Part shown: piece by piece, positions 1 through 11,164 of the stretch
Numbering within the stretch: position 1 is the first letter of the stretch
Layout: the number at the start of each line of letters is the position of its first letter
Assembly: GCA_029856155.1 (NCBI GenBank)
Contig: JAHQWL010000011.1
Coordinates: 1-61,474 of the forward strand
Direction: 5' to 3'
Source of the DNA: Promethearchaeia archaeon
GTDB lineage: Archaea > Asgardarchaeota > Lokiarchaeia > Sigyniarchaeales > SOKP01
DNA length: 61,474 nucleotides
Made by a program: the position numbers and the translations under genes
Notes under the pieces: generated by a model
What the model was told of the DNA's origin: nothing
Databases searched by the model: none
Seen by the model: the letters and a program-made list of their open reading frames with translations, nothing else

Positions 1-1
1 C

Positions 2-1990
2 GCCTTAGCATTTAGAATTGAATCTCACAATCATCCATCTGCAATTGAACCTTATCACGGAGCCGCTACAGGTATTGGAGGTATAATAAGAGACATTCTA
101 TGCATGGGTGTTCGTCCAATAGCATTATTAGATCCATTGAGATTTGGTCGTTTAAAAGATAATCCTCATTCTCAGTGGCTATTCAAATACGTAGTAAAGG
201 GTATTGCAGATTATGGAAATTGCACGGGAATACCTACCATTGGTGGTGAAGTTGAATTTGATGATAGTTTTGAAAGTAATTGTTTAGTAAATGTTGCATG
301 TATAGGATTAGGAACAATAGAAGATTTTAAACATGCACCAAGTAGAGCTTATAATCCTGGTGATTATGTAATCTTAATGGGAGGATCTACAGGTAGAGAT
401 GGAATCCATGGGGTCACATTTGCCTCCCGTACTTTATCTGAGATGTCTGAAGCTGATAGACCTGCGGTTCAAATTGGGGATCCATTTACTAAAAAAATGA
501 TTATTGAAGCAACTTTAGAAGCTGTAAAGACAGGATATGTAAGAGGATTAAAGGATCTTGGGGGAGGGGGTTTAACTTGCGCAACTAGTGAATTAACGGG
601 AGATGGAAATACAGGAGCAATGGTAGATTTAAAAAAGGTTTTTACACGAGAACCCGGAATGAATTCTTATGAAGTTATGCTTTCTGAATCACAAGAAAGA
701 ATGGCTTTTATCGTTAAACCTGAGGGATTAGATACTGTTCTTGATGTATTTAGAAAATATGAAATAAATTTTGCTGTAATCGGAAGAACTGATGAATCAA
801 AAGTTTTAAAAGTTTATGATGGGGATGATTCCATAGTTAGTATTCCTGCAAAAGCACTTTCTGAATCACCTACCTTTAAACGAAAAGAGAAACGACCCTC
901 CTATTTAGATGAATTATTTGCTCAAAAAACTCCAAAACCTTCTTTACAGTTTGAAGATATTATCTATAGATTAATAGCATCAGAAAACATTTGTAGTAAA
1001 GAGTGGGTCTATAGACAATATGACCATGAAGTGGGTGTTAGATCAGTTGTAAAATGTGGAGAAGGTGATTCAGGTGTTTTAAGAATAATCGGTACCGATA
1101 AGTTTATTGCAGCGAGCGTTGGTGTTAATTCTAAACATTGTTTTTTAGATCCCTATGAAGGCGCTAAAGGGGGATTAGTTGAAGTTTGTGGAAATATAAT
1201 AGTAAATGGCGCTAAACCGATGGCAATGGTAAACTGTTGTAATTTTGGAAACCCCGAAATACCTGAATCTTTTTGGTATTTTTCTAAAGCTGTTGAAGGT
1301 ATGAATGATTTTTGTAGAACTATGAGAATTCCTATAGTCGGAGGAAACGTATCTTTCTATAATGAAGATGAGGTCAAGAAAACCGCGATTAAAGCAACAC
1401 CAATAATAATGATTGTAGGTCTTTTGGAAGGTGAAGAAAATATAATAACCCTCCCCTTTAAGAATGCTGGAGATGATATCTTTTTAGTGGGAGAAACAAA
1501 AGCCGAATTAGGTGGTTCAGAATATCATTCAGTAATCTATAATCTTGAGGGGGGAATCCCTCCAAAAGTTGATGAGGCTAAAATAAAGAATATTTGGGAT
1601 TTTATGTTTGAACTCTATAGAAGAAAATTAGTTAAAGCTAATCATGACGTGAATAAAGGAGGATTTATCATAACGATAGCAGAAATGTGTTTTAAGAATA
1701 AATTTGGTGCAAATTTAGATTTTACCAATTGTTTTGATGATAAATTAAGAGATGATGAGTTTTTATTTAGTGAATCTAATGGTAGATTTATTATTGAGAC
1801 AGATCCAAAAGATTATGATGAAATAATGAATTTAGCAAATAATTATGAAGTAAATCTTAAAAAAATAGGAGTTTTAATACCTCAGCCCGAAATTAAAGTA
1901 AGAGGATTAAAAAATAAAGATTTTAAACTTACGATTCCAAAATTAAAGGAATATTTCGATTCTACAATTCCAAACTTAATGGAAATATAG
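2..1990 (+). CDS. purL: Phosphoribosylformylglycinamidine synthase subunit PurL (5'-truncated by window edge)
   Basis: Frame is open from base 2 ([32 protein letters not shown]); motifs [28 protein letters not shown]. Confidence 0.97.
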   Translation, partial: ALAFRIESHNHPSAIEPYHGAATGIGGIIRDILCMGVRPIALLDPLRFGRLKDNPHSQWLFKYVVKGIADYGNCTGIPTIGGEVEFDDSFESNCLVNVACIGLGTIEDFKHAPSRAYNPGDYVILMGGSTGRDGIHGVTFASRTLSEMSEADRPAVQIGDPFTKKMIIEATLEAVKTGYVRGLKDLGGGGLTCATSELTGDGNTGAMVDLKKVFTREPGMNSYEVMLSESQERMAFIVKPEGLDTVLDVFRKYEINFAVIGRTDESKVLKVYDGDDSIVSIPAKALSESPTFKRKEKRPSYLDELFAQKTPKPSLQFEDIIYRLIASENICSKEWVYRQYDHEVGVRSVVKCGEGDSGVLRIIGTDKFIAASVGVNSKHCFLDPYEGAKGGLVEVCGNIIVNGAKPMAMVNCCNFGNPEIPESFWYFSKAVEGMNDFCRTMRIPIVGGNVSFYNEDEVKKTAIKATPIIMIVGLLEGEENIITLPFKNAGDDIFLVGETKAELGGSEYHSVIYNLEGGIPPKVDEAKIKNIWDFMFELYRRKLVKANHDVNKGGFIITIAEMCFKNKFGANLDFTNCFDDKLRDDEFLFSESNGRFIIETDPKDYDEIMNLANNYEVNLKKIGVLIPQPEIKVRGLKNKDFKLTIPKLKEYFDSTIPNLMEI

Positions 1991-2197
1991 TTTTTTAATT
2001 TATACCATTTAGAGATAAAAAGTTTAAAGATTATTGTGTAATATCTATCGATAAAAAATAATGTTCGTCATAATATAACATTTTTAATTAAAAACCGTAA
2101 CTTTGAAATATTTGTATACTTTTTCAGATCTTAGAGAATTACGTACGTATCAATTTTTTCATCGATATGATTAGTAAATAGCATATTAAATATTATT

Positions 2198-2398
2198 ATG
2201 AGAGCTCGTGCATGTATTAAATGTAGAGAATATGTAGTAATTCACCCAAATAATCCCGTTAATCAGTTAGAGATAAAAAAGTTTGAGAAGATACATTTAG
2301 GTCATACTATCATGACAGTCGATCTTAGTGAAATAAAGGGGATCTATTCTTCTTTTAAAAACCATGAAACAGAAAAACCACCTCAAGAAGTTAGTTAA
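2198..2398 (+). CDS. Small putative metal-binding protein (CxxC ... HxxH)
   Basis: 66 aa ORF with ATG start, CIKC near N-terminus and HLGH; T-rich tract downstream. Confidence 0.6.
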   Translation: MRARACIKCREYVVIHPNNPVNQLEIKKFEKIHLGHTIMTVDLSEIKGIYSSFKNHETEKPPQEVS

Positions 2399-2602
2399 TT
2401 TAATTTTTGATACATAATAAACTTAAAGCTATACCTTTTAAAAATCATTTTAACTCATTTTCTTAGGATATTTTGTTATTATATTAATATATTATTATTT
2501 TATTTCAATGATCTTTCAATCAAAATCATAAATATATTTATATATTTGTATCTTATTTACCTAATAGGATCTTTCAACTTAATTAATCTAATTTATAAGG
2601 AA

Positions 2603-3211
2603 ATGGATGACATTCAACGAGAAAGGTTACAAAAAAGAATTAGAATAGAAAGATTATATAAAATAAAATTTAAAAATAATCTATTAGATGATGAAATTCT
2701 GCCATTTTCTAAACCTATAAACAATAAAAAACGTGAGAAAAAAGATTTAATTGAACATTTAGTTTTCTTGAAGAAATTATTGAAGTTCATTAATCGTGGC
2801 GCTACGGGATTTGATTTAGCTTATGAAGTGGAAAAAAATAAAGAAATGAAGTATTTAATATATGATGGTATTTTGTTTTATAATACTTTCCTAGAGATTG
2901 GCAATAATAGATTTATAGATGCTCCTGATAAAAGGAAAATAGACTTTAAATCATTTAAAACAATTGAAGATACTGAAAAATATATTTTCATGATATGGTT
3001 GAAAGATACAATCGAATCCTTTGAAAAGGAGATCAAGCCAAAAGGGGATTATGTTAAATATGTAAAAACGCGTAAAGAACAAGAGTTATTAAAAACTAAC
3101 AAGAAATTACTTGAAAAACTAACTCATTGTAAGAATTGCGGTGAGAGGATACGGAGCAAAGAACAAGAATACTGCGAAAAATGTGGCGTAAAACTCCTAG
3201 AAAACTTCTGA
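2603..3211 (+). CDS. Hypothetical protein with C-terminal zinc ribbon
   Basis: CKNC...CEKCG at C-terminus; ATG at 2603 preferred over the TTG at 2546. Confidence 0.7.
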   Translation: MDDIQRERLQKRIRIERLYKIKFKNNLLDDEILPFSKPINNKKREKKDLIEHLVFLKKLLKFINRGATGFDLAYEVEKNKEMKYLIYDGILFYNTFLEIGNNRFIDAPDKRKIDFKSFKTIEDTEKYIFMIWLKDTIESFEKEIKPKGDYVKYVKTRKEQELLKTNKKLLEKLTHCKNCGERIRSKEQEYCEKCGVKLLENF

Positions 3212-3270
3212 ATGTGAACTTTTTTTTATTAAAAATAAGAATTATTAAAAAAAAAAAAATTATAAAATTA

Positions 3271-4755
3271 TTATTGTTCTACTTTAGTACCACACCATTT
3301 ACAGAATTGCTCTGTTCCAGTAAGTTTACTTCCACACAGGGAACATGTTTTTGCTGTAGCCGGAGTAGTTATCGAAGGAGTACCAACTTGTCTTCCTTCT
3401 ATTTTACCTCCACATTTTGGACAAAATTTAGAATCTGGTTTTAGTGGTGACTTACAGCGTGTGCATTTTTGTATCTTTTCTGGAGCTTCTGTAGTAGTGA
3501 CTTTATAGGGTGAAGGTTCAGTTGGGGTTTTTTCTGGTGTTTTAAGCTTCAATTTTTTCTGACCTCTTCTTGCTACTACGGCGGCTAATAATATAATAAT
3601 GACGACTACAAGAATAATAATTAAGATCCATTGAACATCAAGCCATCTCTCTTTTGAAGTGACTCCAGTATTATATGTCACATCAAAAGTAATAGTTGTA
3701 GATTCCTCTGGTGAAAGCATTGGATCAAAATAAACAAAGAAATACCAATTTCCTGAAGATGGTACTGTATAACTATCTGAAAGGGTTATTCCTTCTTGTA
3801 CATCTTGTGAATATATACCGTTAAGATCTATTACATTCGTAGCTGTATAGTTTATTGTATAATCAACATCAACAGGAGAAGCTCCGTCATTATACCACAC
3901 GATGTAATAATCTTGAGCTTCATTAATAATAAATGATCCGCTACTTTGATTAGTATTTTCAATATTTATATAGAACGATGGTGAGTAACCCTGATCCCAT
4001 AAATAGAGATCGTAAGCACTTGCAATAAAGAAATCCACCTGATTACTTGCATTAAATTCATAATCTATTATCGAGTTCGGTCTTAAAAACCACCATTCAG
4101 TCCAATATCCCTCATTACCTGGAATTGTTCTTGAATCTATAACATCACTATATATTGTAGTTGTAGGAAGGTTTTCAAAAGGGCTATTCCAAATAATAAA
4201 TCTTAAATCACTTGACAAAGATTGGACAGAGTAATCTATGGTTCCGGTTTCAATATATTCATATTCATACCAAAATTCATTGAAATATAGAGTTTCCGTA
4301 GATCGGTAATTTACATAGCCATTTGCATCAGCATTGCTAAAGGGAAACATAAAAGCTATTCCCGCAATAGGAAGAATTATTAATGCTAAGATTATCATAA
4401 ATAAAATTCCACCGCCTACATAGACGGGACTATAATACCAAGGACGATAATAATGTCCCGCCCACCAAGGAGAATACCACCATCTATAGTACCAGGGACG
4501 ATAATACCACCAAGAAGGTCTATAATATCTGCGATTCGGTCTATAATAACTATGTGTATAAGGGCCACTTGGAGATCTTGATGTTATTCTTGTCGCACCT
4601 GTTCTCCCAAATGGTACACCGCTCCGAGATCCACCTCCTCGATATCCACCACCAAATCCGCCTCCACGGAAACCACCACCAAATCCACCTCCACGGAAAC
4701 CACCACCACGAAATCCTCCGCCTCCACGGAAACCACCACCCCCCCCACGTGGCAC
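3271..4755 (-). CDS. Membrane protein: N-terminal RGG/GGF repeats, Tyr/Trp/Arg-rich segment, 2 TM helices around a beta-rich domain, C-terminal double zinc ribbon
   Basis: GGGFRGGG repeats, YYRPW repeats, two hydrophobic spans, four CxxC pairs at the C-terminus. Confidence 0.8.
   Translation of the reverse strand: MPRGGGGGFRGGGGFRGGGFRGGGFGGGFRGGGFGGGYRGGGSRSGVPFGRTGATRITSRSPSGPYTHSYYRPNRRYYRPSWWYYRPWYYRWWYSPWWAGHYYRPWYYSPVYVGGGILFMIILALIILPIAGIAFMFPFSNADANGYVNYRSTETLYFNEFWYEYEYIETGTIDYSVQSLSSDLRFIIWNSPFENLPTTTIYSDVIDSRTIPGNEGYWTEWWFLRPNSIIDYEFNASNQVDFFIASAYDLYLWDQGYSPSFYINIENTNQSSGSFIINEAQDYYIVWYNDGASPVDVDYTINYTATNVIDLNGIYSQDVQEGITLSDSYTVPSSGNWYFFVYFDPMLSPEESTTITFDVTYNTGVTSKERWLDVQWILIIILVVVIIILLAAVVARRGQKKLKLKTPEKTPTEPSPYKVTTTEAPEKIQKCTRCKSPLKPDSKFCPKCGGKIEGRQVGTPSITTPATAKTCSLCGSKLTGTEQFCKWCGTKVEQ
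4630..4750 (-). repeat. Coding tandem repeat (GGGFR units)
   Basis: Repeated cctccacggaaaccaccacc units on the + strand. Confidence 0.85.
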
Positions 4756-4757
4756 TT

Positions 4758-5756
4758 TTAAGCTGACACCTCACTCGTTTTTTCTTCAGGACTCTCTATC
4801 CCTCGGAAAATGTAATCTCTATTTATAGCTAGTAAAAAGAGGATCATAGAAACAATTGACATTGTTAGCCCCACCGCATCAATAGTAATAATAGGTTGAG
4901 TCGTAATTGCAAAAGCTATACTGAATAAAATCCATTCAAAAACCATAAAGAAAACAGCTAATCCAGGTATAACTGTTCTAATTTTCCACCCAGTTTCTAA
5001 ATTTCTCGCATCAGAAAAACTTGTATAAATGATTGAGAACAACCCAATAATACTAAAAACCAACATTAAAATGCTAAAAACGTCAATTACAATCCATATT
5101 GGGTCTCTTAAATTATAAAAAGGCATCAAAACCCCAGGACCTCTTACATCAAATAAAGTAAAAAATAATGTTGGATCTTCTGCAATTGGTCCCATACCAA
5201 GTAAACTCTTTAGATCACTATATTTCCCAACAAAAAATCCAAAAATTCCAGTTAAAGGTAGGATTATACCCAGTGTGAATCCAATAATTGCACATACACT
5301 CGCAAACCAAAATTCAGCAACTTTCGTATTTCTTACTGGAATAAGTCCAATCTCGTCAACTGTTTGATCTGGAATGTAACTCCAACAATCTTGAATAGTA
5401 CATACGCCAATAAGTTTTTCATTTTCAACTACAGGTACCACATTTACATTAAGGTCACGCATACGGGTAAATGCTTCAGTAACGGGAGTATCTAATGTCA
5501 CTGGAGAGATTTTATACATTGCGGATATTACTTTTTCAGCTTTAGCATCAATCCCTTCGGCAACGATATTCTGTATAATATCAAAATCAGCTATAACACC
5601 AATAACTTTCTGTTTTTCTCCTTTAAGAACTACTAAATCTGGAACTCCTAATTCTTTCATTTTTTTTGCAGCACTTTGAATCGTCTCATTTGAGTCAATT
5701 ATTCCATACTCGTCGTTAATAACTAAATCTCTTACAAAATATTCTTTTAAAGCCAT
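4758..5756 (-). CDS. CBS-domain-pair protein with ~4 C-terminal TM helices
   Basis: N-terminal CBS pair (AAKKMKELGV...IGVIADFDI; VVPVVENEKLIGVCT) followed by hydrophobic helices; 2-nt gap to the downstream gene. Confidence 0.85.
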   Translation of the reverse strand: MALKEYFVRDLVINDEYGIIDSNETIQSAAKKMKELGVPDLVVLKGEKQKVIGVIADFDIIQNIVAEGIDAKAEKVISAMYKISPVTLDTPVTEAFTRMRDLNVNVVPVVENEKLIGVCTIQDCWSYIPDQTVDEIGLIPVRNTKVAEFWFASVCAIIGFTLGIILPLTGIFGFFVGKYSDLKSLLGMGPIAEDPTLFFTLFDVRGPGVLMPFYNLRDPIWIVIDVFSILMLVFSIIGLFSIIYTSFSDARNLETGWKIRTVIPGLAVFFMVFEWILFSIAFAITTQPIITIDAVGLTMSIVSMILFLLAINRDYIFRGIESPEEKTSEVSA

Positions 5757-5957
5757 GTTTTATACATCCTATTTTTAATTAAATTATTATTTTATGAATT
5801 AACAAAAGAATGGAATATATAAATTTTTTTATTCACTCCTATTACAATACAATAAAAATGTTATGTAAAAATTGGTCTCTTTATGTTTATTATTATGTAT
5901 TTGATATGATTTTTAATCCAATAAAAAACTGGCTTACATTGGATAACCTTTCAATAA

Positions 5958-6749
5958 TTAAAACAATTCTGTTAAAGAACTAAATGAATCAAGAATTAAA
6001 TAAGGTTTAATTTTTGCCATGGTAGGATCAAAATACTGACCTTTTCCTGTTTTTACTAAAATTGCTTTAATACCTACACTAATAGCTCCATGAATATCGG
6101 ACTCAGGATCATCACCAATCACAATTACTTCATCAGAAGAAAGGTTAATTTTTTTTAAAGCTTGTAGAAAATATTCTTTTGAGGGCTTTCCAAATATTTT
6201 AGGAGTAATATTAGCTGCATATGCAATCATTTGTATAAAAGATCCAGTATCTATAACGGGTTCACCATTGTGAGCAAGATAATATCTATTACCTTGAGTT
6301 CCAAGAAGTTTAGCACCTTTAAGTACATATTTAAACGCAAGATTTAGACGATTCACATCCCAATTATCATGAAAATCACCCAAAACTACAAAATCCGGTA
6401 TTCCAGTACCTTCCACTTTAGGGATTTCTTGAAATTCGTTTTCAACTTCCACAGTTGTGACAAAAAAAGATTTTTTACTAGGAAATTTGGATAAGAATTC
6501 TTTTAAAGCTATAATTGGTGTAAAAATCTCATCCTTATAAATAAAGAATCCGTAATCTTGTAATATGTTTAGCACTGTTTTGGGTGATTTACTATCAGTA
6601 TTTGTGAAAAAAAGAAATTTTATACCCTTTTTACGAAGTTTTAAAATTGTTTCAATAGCCCCAGGAATCGGGGTTCCTTTAAAATAAAGTGTACCGTCAA
6701 TGTCAGTTAAGATTCCTTTAATTTCATTAAATTTCCTTTTTTTACTCAT
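5958..6749 (-). CDS. HAD-superfamily subfamily IIA hydrolase (LHPP/NagD-like)
   Basis: DIDGTL, TN, GKPS and IGDDPESDI motifs. Confidence 0.92.
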   Translation of the reverse strand: MSKKRKFNEIKGILTDIDGTLYFKGTPIPGAIETILKLRKKGIKFLFFTNTDSKSPKTVLNILQDYGFFIYKDEIFTPIIALKEFLSKFPSKKSFFVTTVEVENEFQEIPKVEGTGIPDFVVLGDFHDNWDVNRLNLAFKYVLKGAKLLGTQGNRYYLAHNGEPVIDTGSFIQMIAYAANITPKIFGKPSKEYFLQALKKINLSSDEVIVIGDDPESDIHGAISVGIKAILVKTGKGQYFDPTMAKIKPYLILDSFSSLTELF

Positions 6750-6918
6750 TAATATTATAAAACCAGATGCTATTTTAAAAAATTACTCAAAAAAAGTCTG
6801 AGAATGTTCGTGAAAGCTTCATTTCACGCTTTTATAGATATCTTCTAATATTCTTTGGGGAATACCTCAATAATACAAGAAAGATATACAATTAAAAGAG
6901 AAAAAAAATATATGTCAT

Positions 6919-7653
6919 TTATGTTTTAATGAATAAGTCTTTGATGAATCTAGGTAATGTGAATCCTATATAGAAACAGATCGAACTAACAATTACAAAG
7001 ATTCTAGCAAAAAATATAGTTATTTCTGTAGGATTTTCTGCTCCAATAACATCTATCATCGTTCCAATTGTAAAAGTTAGAAATGCTAATATTAAAAATT
7101 TACCTTTTAGTTTAATTTCAGAAGAATCTGCTTTTAGACTGACTCTAGCAAATAAAAATCCAGTCACCAAGAATAGTCCGATAGAAAATAATAGATAAAT
7201 TTGTATCCATACCGCCCATTCTACTACAAAAGCGCTTTTTTGATCTCCTATTAGAAAAGGATTTATAAAAAAAACAATTAAAAAAGCAAGTTCAAATAAT
7301 AATGCTTCAATACCAAAAAATAGCATTATCTTCTTCTGTTGCTTTTTAAAAAGAAAATTAGTAAAAGCATAAAGCCATGTAATATGAATTGGAGCAATAA
7401 ACGCATTAGCTAAAAAGAAATACAAAGGAGGATCCAGACTTATCCCGAAAAATGTATTTGTAAAAAACTGTATCGCATCAGACCAGTATGGACTTGCTAA
7501 AAGTATCCATGTAATTCCAACTAAAAGAAGTTCTATTTTTTTATATTGTACATACTTTAACACAATAAAAAAACCTAAAATCGTAGATATTATGACAGAT
7601 GCTAATGTAAAACTACCATAAAATATTTCAAATCCAGTTAATTGTGCCAGCAT
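6919..7653 (-). CDS. Polytopic (~7 TM) membrane protein of unknown function
   Basis: Alternating hydrophobic spans across 244 aa. Confidence 0.75.
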   Translation of the reverse strand: MLAQLTGFEIFYGSFTLASVIISTILGFFIVLKYVQYKKIELLLVGITWILLASPYWSDAIQFFTNTFFGISLDPPLYFFLANAFIAPIHITWLYAFTNFLFKKQQKKIMLFFGIEALLFELAFLIVFFINPFLIGDQKSAFVVEWAVWIQIYLLFSIGLFLVTGFLFARVSLKADSSEIKLKGKFLILAFLTFTIGTMIDVIGAENPTEITIFFARIFVIVSSICFYIGFTLPRFIKDLFIKT

Positions 7654-8169
7654 TTTCTTAAATAGATAATCTCTTAAAAGAGTTACGTAGTTTATTTAAC
7701 TTAGTTATATATAAAAATGTTAGCTATTTAATGATTCTTATTAACTTTATTTTCCGAGTTATTCTTACGTATAAAAAGAGTTTCAATTTTCTCTAAATTA
7801 AATAACTACATCTATCAAGATCTATTCCTTTAACTTGCATTATGATAGGGAAAATCAATTAAAACATATTAAAATTAGAAACAGATCTGATTCAATTCTA
7901 AATATTTCAAATTAATTTTCATTACTATATTCTATAATCAACTTTATACTCTAGTGCCCTTAAATATAATAATTTTTTATAATATTCTCTAAAAGTATAG
8001 GTTTCTGTTGATTCTTACATCTATTTTGATGATATAATTAAAGAATAGGAATTATTCATTCTTAATTAAGTGATTTCTGGTTGTTCGATCACCGATATAT
8101 TTAAATAGTTGTCTTACCATTAATATCACAAGTTTTATCAAAAACTGATATATTGGTGAAGTTAAAAAA

Positions 8170-8820
8170 ATGTTCTTTGGGAAAAGATTTAGCGGCTATC
8201 AAGGTGAAGCATTTTCAGGATTAGATATCTTGGTACTTTCAATTATCAGAAATCATGAAGGGATTTCAGGATATGAAATAAGTCAAGTAATTAATAAAAA
8301 ATTTAAACCTATATGGAGAGCTTCTCCGGGAACAATATACCCTTTACTAAATAGATTAGATGAGAAGGGATTTGTTGATACTGAAGAATTTATTGATAGA
8401 AATAATAGACAAAAGAAATTATACAGGATAACAGTCCAAGGAATAGAGAAGTTAAAAGAAGTCTTAAAAGAGAATTTCGAACATAGTATGAATACACTTG
8501 GTGATTACATTCGTACTGTAATAAATGCTTGGTTACCTAATGAAAAACGAATCAAAGGAGTCATGTCTTGTTTTCCTTATCATTGTGGAACCATCGATAG
8601 AGAAATAAATCAGGAGGATTTTTCTTTAAGAAATATTAAAAGAGTCGAAAGAATCGTGAATGATTTAAACTATACTAAAGAAAGGATTTCATTGAGATTA
8701 GAGGACATCAACCAGGAAGTTGAGAAATATGAAGAAATTTTAAAGACTCTAATAAACAAGAGGGAAACAAATATCAAGACAATTCCTATTGTTGATGATG
8801 ACGAGTACGAGAATTTTTAG
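8170..8820 (+). CDS. PadR-family transcriptional regulator
   Basis: GISGYEI...SPGTIYPLLNRLDEKG...KKLYRIT wHTH motif; GGTGA SD-like sequence upstream. Confidence 0.92.
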   Translation: MFFGKRFSGYQGEAFSGLDILVLSIIRNHEGISGYEISQVINKKFKPIWRASPGTIYPLLNRLDEKGFVDTEEFIDRNNRQKKLYRITVQGIEKLKEVLKENFEHSMNTLGDYIRTVINAWLPNEKRIKGVMSCFPYHCGTIDREINQEDFSLRNIKRVERIVNDLNYTKERISLRLEDINQEVEKYEEILKTLINKRETNIKTIPIVDDDEYENF

Positions 8821-8870
8821 CTTTTACCAATAAAAATTAAAAAAAAATAAACAAAGGAGGAAAATCAAGT

Positions 8871-9362
8871 ATGTGTGATGAAAGTCCCCATGGTCATATT
8901 CATGACCCAAAAACGATGATTGGCTGTCTTCCATTCACCCCTCAACAAATGCACAAAATGAAAAGAATGGCTAAACATTTTATGAGAGGATTTATAGGAA
9001 GTCAAATACCGTATAATGTTGAAGATCTTGGAGATAACTATTTGATTACTGTACCTTTAGCTGGTCGTACCAAAGAAGAAGTTAAAGTTTCTTTAATTAA
9101 TAAACACCTTAATATTAAATCAGAGAAACCTAAGATTCCAGAAGAAAGAAATGTAAAAGAAATACCAAAAGAAGGAGAACCTCTTCATGAACGTTGGAGT
9201 CAATCTTTCCGGAAAGGATTTACTTTTATTGATGTAGATATGGATATTCCTTTACCAGTTGATGCCGATTCAGATACAATAGTTTCAAAAATGGCCAATG
9301 GATTACTAAAGGTAACATTTAGCAAAAAACCAGCCAAAAAAATAGACATTAGTGAAAGTTAA
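8871..9362 (+). CDS. Small heat-shock protein (Hsp20/alpha-crystallin family)
   Basis: YLITVPLAG...VKVSL...SKMANGLLKVTFSK alpha-crystallin signature; GGAGG upstream. Confidence 0.85.
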   Translation: MCDESPHGHIHDPKTMIGCLPFTPQQMHKMKRMAKHFMRGFIGSQIPYNVEDLGDNYLITVPLAGRTKEEVKVSLINKHLNIKSEKPKIPEERNVKEIPKEGEPLHERWSQSFRKGFTFIDVDMDIPLPVDADSDTIVSKMANGLLKVTFSKKPAKKIDISES

Positions 9363-9555
9363 TCAAATACCTGAAATTAAAGGCGGAGCGCTTTAGATGT
9401 AAAGATAAAAAAGTATCCAGAAGATTACTATAATAATATCTAACTCTAAAGCACCCCAATTAATAATATTTTTTTTATGTTTTTTATTTTACTCTTTAAC
9501 TATACTCTATTTATTTTATAATTATTAGATCGAAATAATAATAGTGTGAATAACT

Positions 9556-10680
9556 ATGGAAAAATTAAAGGTTGGAATCATAGGTTGCGGAGTTATCTTT
9601 GATCTCAATATATTGGGTTATTTAAATCGTGATGATATCGAAATTACGTGTTTATGTGATAGTAAAAAAAGACATGTTAAAGAAAAGATTGAAAAATATA
9701 ATCTAGGGCCCGATGTGAGACAATACCAAGATTATAAAGAAATGCTTGATGTCGAACACATTGATATTCTCGAAATTTTATTACCTCACTATTTACATTG
9801 TGACGCGACACTTTATGCTGCTCAAAAAGATATTTTAGGAATAAGTCTACAAAAACCAATGGCAAACTCTATTAGAGACTGTGATAAAATGATTAATGCT
9901 TGCAAAAAGAATAATATAAAGCTAAAAATCTTTGAAAACTTCACTTTTTATCCGCCAATTATGAGAGCGAAGAAATTATTAGAAGAGGGAATTATTGGTG
10001 AAGTAAATTCAGTTCATATTAAAACACTAGAAGCAAGTAAAGGAGGTTGGGATATAACTACTACTACATGGATATGGAGGTTAGATCCAAAACTATGTGG
10101 AGGTGGATTAGAATGTGGATCACCGATTATATTTGACGATGGATTCCATAAATTTTGGTTAGCCTTGCACTTAACTGGGGCAAAAATTGAAAAAGTATAT
10201 TCATGGATCGACAGATTTAATAATTTGGATGTTCCTGCTTATATCATGTGGAAGTATGCACCTCCAAAGGACTCAGATTTTCTTGTGCCCACATACGGAA
10301 GTATGGAATATAATTATTCTCCTCATATGACTTTACCTAGTCCCTATTATTCTGAAGATGATTTTATATCTATTACTGGTTCAGAAGGGATTATGTGGAT
10401 AAATCAAGCAACAGCTGGAGGAAATATCATGTCCAAATCAGAAGTTTTTCCACCAATAGTTATCTTCCGAGATGGAAAATTGGAGACCATTTCAGATATG
10501 GAACGAGATTGGAAGTATGGATTTATAAATTCTACACACCATTTCATTGAAGCAATAAAAAATGATGAAGAACCAGTATTATCGGGTGAGGAAGGTAAAT
10601 ACACTACCCAATTTGCTTTAGCAGCTTTAAAATCATCTATGATTGGAAAAGAAATTAATCCAAGTGATATAAGAGAATAA
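9556..10680 (+). CDS. Gfo/Idh/MocA-family oxidoreductase
   Basis: GIIGCG Rossmann motif, LPHYLH, QKPMA (EKP variant), DGFH. Confidence 0.92.
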   Translation: MEKLKVGIIGCGVIFDLNILGYLNRDDIEITCLCDSKKRHVKEKIEKYNLGPDVRQYQDYKEMLDVEHIDILEILLPHYLHCDATLYAAQKDILGISLQKPMANSIRDCDKMINACKKNNIKLKIFENFTFYPPIMRAKKLLEEGIIGEVNSVHIKTLEASKGGWDITTTTWIWRLDPKLCGGGLECGSPIIFDDGFHKFWLALHLTGAKIEKVYSWIDRFNNLDVPAYIMWKYAPPKDSDFLVPTYGSMEYNYSPHMTLPSPYYSEDDFISITGSEGIMWINQATAGGNIMSKSEVFPPIVIFRDGKLETISDMERDWKYGFINSTHHFIEAIKNDEEPVLSGEEGKYTTQFALAALKSSMIGKEINPSDIRE

Positions 10681-10684
10681 TTAA

Positions 10685-11164
10685 TCATTGGTTTTTAGCC
10701 ATAGAATTTTCTGATTCTTTTTCACGATCTCTAATAAATTTCTTTACAGGACGATATATTAAATAATGCCCTTGTTGGTAAGTTTTCGTTCCATGCACAA
10801 CTTTTCCCACCTTCGAGCCAAAATAATACCAAAATAAATATGAAATGAGTAAAAAACCTACGATAATTTCCATACCAGATTGATGAGTAATTTGAAAATC
10901 AACTCCGAATAATATAAAAGAATTCCATAAAAAATATTTACCCGCTTCAATTGATGGGATATTTACCCACGGGAGGAAATTTAGCCATGACATATCAATG
11001 ACATTAAAATAAATTAAGCTATCAACAGTCCACAATATTAGTAGAAATGTTACTGCCAAAAAAACAATCCAGTCTTTATTTCGTTTACGTAAATATTTTC
11101 GATATAAATAGGAATTTATCCAGCCAACAACAAAACTAAGAATCAATCCTTCTAATAATCCCAT
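10685..11164 (-). CDS. Hypothetical membrane protein
   Basis: 3-4 hydrophobic spans; directly abuts the upstream epimerase gene. Confidence 0.7.
   Translation of the reverse strand: MGLLEGLILSFVVGWINSYLYRKYLRKRNKDWIVFLAVTFLLILWTVDSLIYFNVIDMSWLNFLPWVNIPSIEAGKYFLWNSFILFGVDFQITHQSGMEIIVGFLLISYLFWYYFGSKVGKVVHGTKTYQQGHYLIYRPVKKFIRDREKESENSMAKNQ

Noticed and set aside
3181-3444. 87-aa + strand ORF spanning a poly-A run
   Set aside because: Overlaps two convergent genes; the A-run is better explained as the U-tract terminator of the minus-strand gene
4550-4774. Trp-rich (- strand) and His-rich (+ strand) repeat peptides
   Set aside because: Alternative-frame readings of the GGGFR coding repeat
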